This document shows, one piece after another, positions 7,389-12,911 of a stretch of 12,911 nucleotides of DNA; position 1 is the first letter of the stretch, and every line of letters starts with the position of its first letter. The stretch covers positions 1 to 12,911 of the forward strand of contig JBEKSC010000045.1 of the NCBI GenBank assembly GCA_049517415.1. Direction: 5' to 3'. The stretch is from Candidatus Bathyarchaeia archaeon. Its GTDB lineage: Archaea > Thermoproteota > Bathyarchaeia > 40CM-2-53-6. The position numbers were made by a program, and so were the translations under genes. Under the pieces are notes generated by a model. The model saw only the letters and a list, made by a program, of their open reading frames with translations, had not been told where the DNA came from and searched no databases.

Positions 7389-8336
7389 TTGCTTGGGTCC
7401 CGAATGCCTCGATATTCACACGTTCTGCAAATTCAAGAAACTCAGGGTGCCGAAAAGCCTGAGTGGCTACGTGTGAAGTATCCCACCGGCCAGAACTATG
7501 AGAGAATTAGAGGCGTCCTTCGAAACCACAGCCTTCACTCAGTTTGCGAGGAAGCGCACTGCCCCAATGTGGCGGAATGCTGGGGTGGCGGGACAGCCAC
7601 CTTCATGCTCATGGGCGACACTTGCACGCGGGGCTGCCGGTTTTGCATGGTTAAGAGCGGAAACCCGCATGGGTTACTGGACATTCTTGAGCCTGCAAAC
7701 GTCGCCAAGACAATTGCCGATTTGGGTTTGAAGTACGTGGTGATAACCTCCGTAGATCGCGATGACCTTCCCGACGGAGGCGCAGGCCATTTCGCGTCAA
7801 CGATCAAGGCCATCAAGCGGCAAGACCCTAACGTGATTACGGAAGTGTTGATTCCTGATTTCCAGGGGAATCTTAATGACGTGAAGAAAGTGGTCGACGC
7901 AGCCCCAGAAGTCATAGCCCACAACATTGAAACCACAGAACCGTTGTCGCCAAAACTTCGCGACCCGAGGGCAACATACAAGCGGTCCCTTGGGGTTCTC
8001 AAGGGAATCAAGAAATTAGATCCGACGGTTTATTCGAAATCGTCTATCATGCTAGGCCTAGGCGAGGCTGAGGGTGACCTCGTCAAGGCGATGAATGACC
8101 TAAGGGATGTTGATGTGGATATCCTGACCTTAGGCCAGTACCTTCGACCTTCCAAGGGCCATATTCCTGTCACCGAGTACGTTAGCCCGAAAACGTTTGA
8201 ACACTACAAGGCTTTGGCTGAAGAGCTCGGATTCTTGTACGTAGCTTCAGGCCCGTTCGTTCGCAGCTCGTATAGAGCTGGTGAATTCTTCCTTGAAGCA
8301 CTGATACGAAAGAAGAGACTACGTGCTCTGACTTGA
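7389..8336 (+). CDS. lipA: Lipoyl synthase
   Basis: KPEWLR, CEEAHCPNVAEC auxiliary-cluster motif, CTRGCRFC radical-SAM motif and RSSY. The start may be ATG 7404. Confidence 0.97.
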   Translation: MLGSRMPRYSHVLQIQETQGAEKPEWLRVKYPTGQNYERIRGVLRNHSLHSVCEEAHCPNVAECWGGGTATFMLMGDTCTRGCRFCMVKSGNPHGLLDILEPANVAKTIADLGLKYVVITSVDRDDLPDGGAGHFASTIKAIKRQDPNVITEVLIPDFQGNLNDVKKVVDAAPEVIAHNIETTEPLSPKLRDPRATYKRSLGVLKGIKKLDPTVYSKSSIMLGLGEAEGDLVKAMNDLRDVDVDILTLGQYLRPSKGHIPVTEYVSPKTFEHYKALAEELGFLYVASGPFVRSSYRAGEFFLEALIRKKRLRALT

Positions 8337-8452
8337 TTCTTGACAGCACTGGCGCAACATGGCTTCTTAATTTCGTTGCCAAAGGGCAAAGATTTACTAG
8401 TGCTGGTCCAACTTTCGAGTTCGTTTCCGCAACCTCACGAGGGGGTTAGAGT

Positions 8453-9535
8453 TTGAGCCTTGAGTTACTGCAGGTCATAAAACCAACAGGCGAGTACGTT
8501 GAGGAGATGGAGCCGGAAATCTCGAAAGACGAGTTGCGCCGGCTCTATCGGACAATGGTTCTCGCCAGATGTTTAGACATTCGTGGCCTTCAGTTACAGC
8601 GCTCGGGTAGAATCGGTTTCTTCATTGGCGGCTTCGGTCAGGAGGCGGCCCATGTTGGAAGCGCTTATGCGTTGGACCCTGAGGACTGGATTTTCCCCGC
8701 TTACAGGGAAATTGGTTCAATGCTTCTTCGGGGGATCACGCTCAAGCAGCTTCTGAACCATTACTTTGCTAACGCAGAGGATGTTCAGAAAGGGCGCCAG
8801 CTCACGAACCTGCTCGGCCTCAAATCCGTCAATTACGTTTCCGGCTCAGCACCAATCGCCACGCAGATCCCGCACGCTGTCGGTACAGCACTAGCCGCGA
8901 AGCTTAGGGGCGACCCGATTGTCACGATGACCTATTTCGGCGAAGGAGCCACATCTGAAAATGATTTCCACGCCGGTATGAACTTTGCAGGCGTCTTCAA
9001 AACACCGACGGTATTCTTCTGCCAGAACAACCATTGGGCGATCTCTCTCCCAGTAGAAAAGCAGACTGCCTCTGAAACCATAGCCATCAAAGCTCAAGCG
9101 TACGGCTTCGAAGGCATACGTGTTGACGGAAACGATATTCTAGCTGTTTACAGGACAACGAAGGAAGCTGTAGATAAGGCGCGAAAGGGTGGTGGACCAA
9201 CGTTGATTGAGGCTGTTACTTACCGTATGGGGCCACACTCATCATCCGACGACCCGAAACGATACCGGGGTGAGGCGGAATTGGAAGAATGGCACAACCG
9301 CGACCCCCTCGTCAGGTTCCGAAGGTACCTAGAGAAAAAGAGACTCTGGAACGAGGCAGACGAGAAAAAGGCGCAGGAAGAAGTTAACTCGGAATTGGAT
9401 GAAGCCATCTCTTACTCCGAGAAACTGCCACGGCCGGCATTGGAAACTCTCTTCACGGACGTCTACGAGGAAATGCCGTGGCACCTTGAGGAACAGCTTC
9501 GTGAACTTCGCGAAGAGAAAGGAGAGAACGCTTAA
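8453..9535 (+). CDS. pdhA: 2-oxoacid dehydrogenase E1 alpha (pyruvate or branched-chain type; motifs lean branched-chain)
   Basis: GQEA, YRE, ThDP motif YFGEGATSE...NN and TYRMGPHSSSDD. Confidence 0.92.
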   Translation: MSLELLQVIKPTGEYVEEMEPEISKDELRRLYRTMVLARCLDIRGLQLQRSGRIGFFIGGFGQEAAHVGSAYALDPEDWIFPAYREIGSMLLRGITLKQLLNHYFANAEDVQKGRQLTNLLGLKSVNYVSGSAPIATQIPHAVGTALAAKLRGDPIVTMTYFGEGATSENDFHAGMNFAGVFKTPTVFFCQNNHWAISLPVEKQTASETIAIKAQAYGFEGIRVDGNDILAVYRTTKEAVDKARKGGGPTLIEAVTYRMGPHSSSDDPKRYRGEAELEEWHNRDPLVRFRRYLEKKRLWNEADEKKAQEEVNSELDEAISYSEKLPRPALETLFTDVYEEMPWHLEEQLRELREEKGENA

Positions 9536-9538
9536 CCC

Positions 9539-10513
9539 ATGGCGCTTCTCAACATTGTTCAGGCTGTCAACCATACTCTTCGGGATGAGATGAAACGTAA
9601 CGACAAGATCGTGATCCTAGGTGAGGATGTCGGAGTCAACGGCGGCGTCTTCCGCGCAACGGAAGGACTACTAAAGGAATTCGGGCCGAGCCGCGTCATA
9701 GACACACCGCTCACAGAATCCGGGATCATCGGCGTTTCAATCGGGATGGCGCTCTACGGGCTTAAGCCAGTACCAGAAATTCAGTTTATAGATTTCATTT
9801 ACCCGGCCTTCGACCAAATTCAAAGCGAATTGTCCAAGTTCAGGTATCGGTCCGGGGGCCATTTCACAACACCCGTCGTGATTCGGACGCCTTACGGAGG
9901 TGGCATAAAGGGCAGTCACTACCATTCTCAAAGCACCGAAGCTTTCTTCATCCACACGCCAGGCCTCAAGGTAGTTATTCCCGCCACACCATACGACACA
10001 AAAGGACTTCTCACCTCAGCCCTGCGCGACCCTGACCCCGTCATGTTCCTCGAACCGAAGAAAATCTACCGAACAGTCCGCGGCGAAGTCCCCGACGACG
10101 AATACACAATCCCCATTGGCAAAGCGAACGTTACCCGCGAAGGAGACGACGTCGTAATCTTCGCCTACGGCGCGATGCTCCACGTTGCCATGGAAGCGGC
10201 TGAATTAGCCTCGCCTAAAGGAATCGGCGTTGAAGTGGTCGATATCAGAACCCTGCTGCCCTTCGATATTGAAACGATCCTGAGTTCCGTTAAGAAGACT
10301 GGCAGGGTAGTCATCTTGCACGAGGCTTGCAAGACCTGTGGGTTCGGCGCGGAGATTGCCGCGCAGATTGCTGAGCGAGGCCTCCTACATTTGGAAGCGC
10401 CTATCGTTCGCGTAACGGGTTTCGATGTCCCCTTCCCGTACGCTTTGGAAGAGGAATACATGCCTAACGCTAACCGCGTGCTGAACGCGATTGAGAAAGT
10501 TCACAACTTCTGA
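9539..10513 (+). CDS. pdhB: 2-oxoacid dehydrogenase E1 beta
   Basis: GEDVGVNGGVFRAT, DTPLTESGI, EIQFIDF, HYHSQS and FLEPK motifs. Confidence 0.93.
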   Translation: MALLNIVQAVNHTLRDEMKRNDKIVILGEDVGVNGGVFRATEGLLKEFGPSRVIDTPLTESGIIGVSIGMALYGLKPVPEIQFIDFIYPAFDQIQSELSKFRYRSGGHFTTPVVIRTPYGGGIKGSHYHSQSTEAFFIHTPGLKVVIPATPYDTKGLLTSALRDPDPVMFLEPKKIYRTVRGEVPDDEYTIPIGKANVTREGDDVVIFAYGAMLHVAMEAAELASPKGIGVEVVDIRTLLPFDIETILSSVKKTGRVVILHEACKTCGFGAEIAAQIAERGLLHLEAPIVRVTGFDVPFPYALEEEYMPNANRVLNAIEKVHNF

Positions 10514-10535
10514 ATGAACTCCGGGTTGATGTAAG

Positions 10536-11780
10536 ATGGCCTTCGAATTCCGGCTCCCAGACATCGGCGAAGGAGTCGCTGAGGGAGAAGTTGTGAAATG
10601 GCTCGTGCAGGAAGGCGCCGACGTTAAGGAGAACCAACCGCTCGTCGAAATAATGACCGATAAGGTCAATGTGGAAATCCCTTCGCCGAGGAAAGGAACG
10701 ATTCTAAAGCTCATGGCGAAGGAGGGTGGCACTGTTAAGGTCGGCGAAGTTCTTCTGGTAATTGGCGAAAAAGGGGAACAAGGTTCAGCGCCTACGGTAG
10801 TTTCACCAACCACTACAACCGCGAACATACCCGCAGGTGTCCCTGCTAAAGTCACCGCTCCTACTCCATCACCCACTCTGGTTGCAGTGGCCCCGAAGAA
10901 ACCGCAAGAAATCCTTGCCACGCCAGCAACACGCAAGCTCGCTAGAGACATGGGAGTTGACCTTGGAACGGTTCAAGGGACCGGACCCGGCGGGAGAATC
11001 ACAGACGACGATGTGAGGCGGTTCAAGGATGTGGGAAGAAGCGCTGCAGTAGCCATCACGGTTACCGGGCCGCGTGGCGTCGAAGAGCGTGTCCCGATAC
11101 GGGGGATACGGCGGAAGGTTGCGGAACACATGGTCAAGTCGAGGGACAGCACCGCCCAAGTCACGCACGTGGACGAGGTCGACATGACTGAGGTCGTTCA
11201 CTTGCGGGAGAAGGCTAAGGCTTCAGCCGACAAACAGGGAATAAAACTCACATACCTCCCATTCATCATCAAAGCCCTCGTATTGGCCCTGAAGAAGTAC
11301 CCGTACCTCAACGCCAGCCTAGACGACGAGAAACAGGAGATTGTGCTCAAAAAGTACTACAATATTGGAATCGCCACCGACACCGATCAAGGCCTAGTAG
11401 TCCCAGTCGTGAGAGCAGCCGAACACAAATCGATTACGCAATTGGCAGAAGAAATCTCCAAGCTCAGCGAGAAAGCCCGTGCTGGACAGTTGACGTTAGA
11501 TGAGATTCAGGGCAGCACGTTTACGGTAACGAATGTTGGCGGAATCGGAGGAATTTTCGCGACGCCGATAATTAACTACCCTGAGGTTGCAATTCTAGGC
11601 GTCCACAAAATCACAAAACGCCCAGTCGTAAAGGACAATCAAATTGTCATCCGAGACATGACATACCTATCCGTCTCATTCGATCACCGTGTCCTAGACG
11701 GCGCCATGGCAGCCCAATTCATGAACGCTATCAAACAGTACTTGGAAGACCCGAAACTGCTTCTTCTCGAGACAGACTAG
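10536..11780 (+). CDS. pdhC: Dihydrolipoamide acyltransferase E2 (one lipoyl domain, peripheral-subunit-binding domain, catalytic domain)
   Basis: LPDIGEGVAEG...MTDKV lipoyl lysine, Pro/Thr/Ala linker, ATPATRKLAR...GTGPGGRIT and DHRVLDG. Confidence 0.94.
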   Translation: MAFEFRLPDIGEGVAEGEVVKWLVQEGADVKENQPLVEIMTDKVNVEIPSPRKGTILKLMAKEGGTVKVGEVLLVIGEKGEQGSAPTVVSPTTTTANIPAGVPAKVTAPTPSPTLVAVAPKKPQEILATPATRKLARDMGVDLGTVQGTGPGGRITDDDVRRFKDVGRSAAVAITVTGPRGVEERVPIRGIRRKVAEHMVKSRDSTAQVTHVDEVDMTEVVHLREKAKASADKQGIKLTYLPFIIKALVLALKKYPYLNASLDDEKQEIVLKKYYNIGIATDTDQGLVVPVVRAAEHKSITQLAEEISKLSEKARAGQLTLDEIQGSTFTVTNVGGIGGIFATPIINYPEVAILGVHKITKRPVVKDNQIVIRDMTYLSVSFDHRVLDGAMAAQFMNAIKQYLEDPKLLLLETD

Positions 11781-11879
11781 AGTCACGATGTCCTCGGACC
11801 ATAGTCGGGTAATACGGTGCCGCCGCACGCCTCTGCAAGGCTTTAATGAATGACTTTTCTCTTCGCTAATTGTTTGAAT

Positions 11880-12911
11880 ATGCAAAATTCGGGTAAGGGC
11901 CTGCGGAAGGTGATCACGCTACGCTACGCAGTCGCATTGTACGTAAGCTCGGTCCTCGGCTCTGGCGTTCTCGTCCTTCCGGGCCTTGCAGCCAAAATCG
12001 CTGGGCCCGGTTCACTTGTCGCCTGGATTCTCCTCTCCATAGCTAGCTACCCATTTGCTTACACTTTCGCGTCCCTTTCAGCTCGCAGGCCCGAGTCGGG
12101 CGGAGTCTATGCATTCGCAAAAGAAAGCTTAGGTCACAGTGTCGCGTCCATGACCGGGTGGCTTTTTGTATTATGGTACATTACCGGCGCCCCAGCTGTA
12201 ACATTGATCGCCGCTTCATACCTTGCGTTCGCGTTCCCAATGAGTAGACCGGAGATTTTCGTAGTCGCGGGCGCGATAATCTTCGCTGCGTTCGTGATCA
12301 ATTTCAAGGGAATAGTAGTAAGCAACAAAGTGCAGCTGGCCGTGGTGGTCTCGATAGTAGCGTTGCTGCTAGCCACAATAGTCGCATCATTCCACGATGT
12401 TGCCGTGAAAAACTTCTCCCCCTTTTTTCCAAACGGCCTCATCCCGATAGGAGTGTCTGCCGCACTAATTTTCTGGTCGTACCTCGGTTACGAAAATGTG
12501 TCCAATGTAGCGGAAGAGTTTGAGAACCCCAAACAGGACTTCCGCCGGAGCATAATGCTTAGCGTAATCATAATCAGCGCACTATACGTATCAGTCGCTC
12601 TGATGACCGTTGGGACGCTCGCCTACAAAGCAGGGGGAAGCGTCGCCCCATTCGCAGTTATCCTCTCAAACGTCCTAGGGATTTATGGAGCACCGGGAAC
12701 AGCAATCCTTGCAGTCTTCATCATTTTCAGCACGGTAAACGCCTACATGACTGGTATGTCGAGAGTAACCTATTCCGTTGCAAGGGACGGTGGGTTCCCG
12801 AAATACCTTGCAAACGTGGACGCTAGAACCGGAGCACCCAGCCGGTCGCTAACTCTCCTCTCGGGGCTCGCACTCTCGGTCATATGCATTTTCTATTTCC
12901 TGAATGTTGAC
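11880..12911 (+). CDS. APC-family amino acid permease, YjeH-like; runs off the right edge
   Basis: Manual translation from ATG 11880: MQNSGKGLRKVITLRYAVALYVSSVLGSGVLVLPGLAAKIAGPGSLVAW...ESGGVY...FWSYLGYENVSNVAEEFENPKQDFRRS. Absent from the ORF track, consistent with no stop inside the window. Confidence 0.9.
   Translation, partial: MQNSGKGLRKVITLRYAVALYVSSVLGSGVLVLPGLAAKIAGPGSLVAWILLSIASYPFAYTFASLSARRPESGGVYAFAKESLGHSVASMTGWLFVLWYITGAPAVTLIAASYLAFAFPMSRPEIFVVAGAIIFAAFVINFKGIVVSNKVQLAVVVSIVALLLATIVASFHDVAVKNFSPFFPNGLIPIGVSAALIFWSYLGYENVSNVAEEFENPKQDFRRSIMLSVIIISALYVSVALMTVGTLAYKAGGSVAPFAVILSNVLGIYGAPGTAILAVFIIFSTVNAYMTGMSRVTYSVARDGGFPKYLANVDARTGAPSRSLTLLSGLALSVICIFYFLNVD

Overview
Archaeal genomic window, probably TACK/Bathyarchaeia-like (inferred from the archaeal-type SHMT, cofC/cofD and frequent TTG/GTG starts). 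Almost all genes are on the + strand. In order: 3' end of an unidentified CDS; a 53-aa CxxC...FCxxxH metal-binding protein missing from the ORF track; an ArsR-type regulator; a RibU-like ECF S component; cofD; cofC; glyA; an SDR; a GNAT; a YczE-like membrane protein (- strand); a small membrane protein with an in-frame stop; lipA; 2-oxoacid dehydrogenase E1a/E1b/E2 (no E3 here); and a truncated YjeH-like APC permease. Main result: glyA looks split or frameshifted, but it is interrupted by a 32-nt insertion (3291-3322) that folds into an archaeal bulge-helix-bulge-type splice motif. The canonical cut positions restore the conserved RYAE|GW motif exactly. This is a candidate tRNA-endonuclease-spliced mRNA intron in a central metabolic gene.
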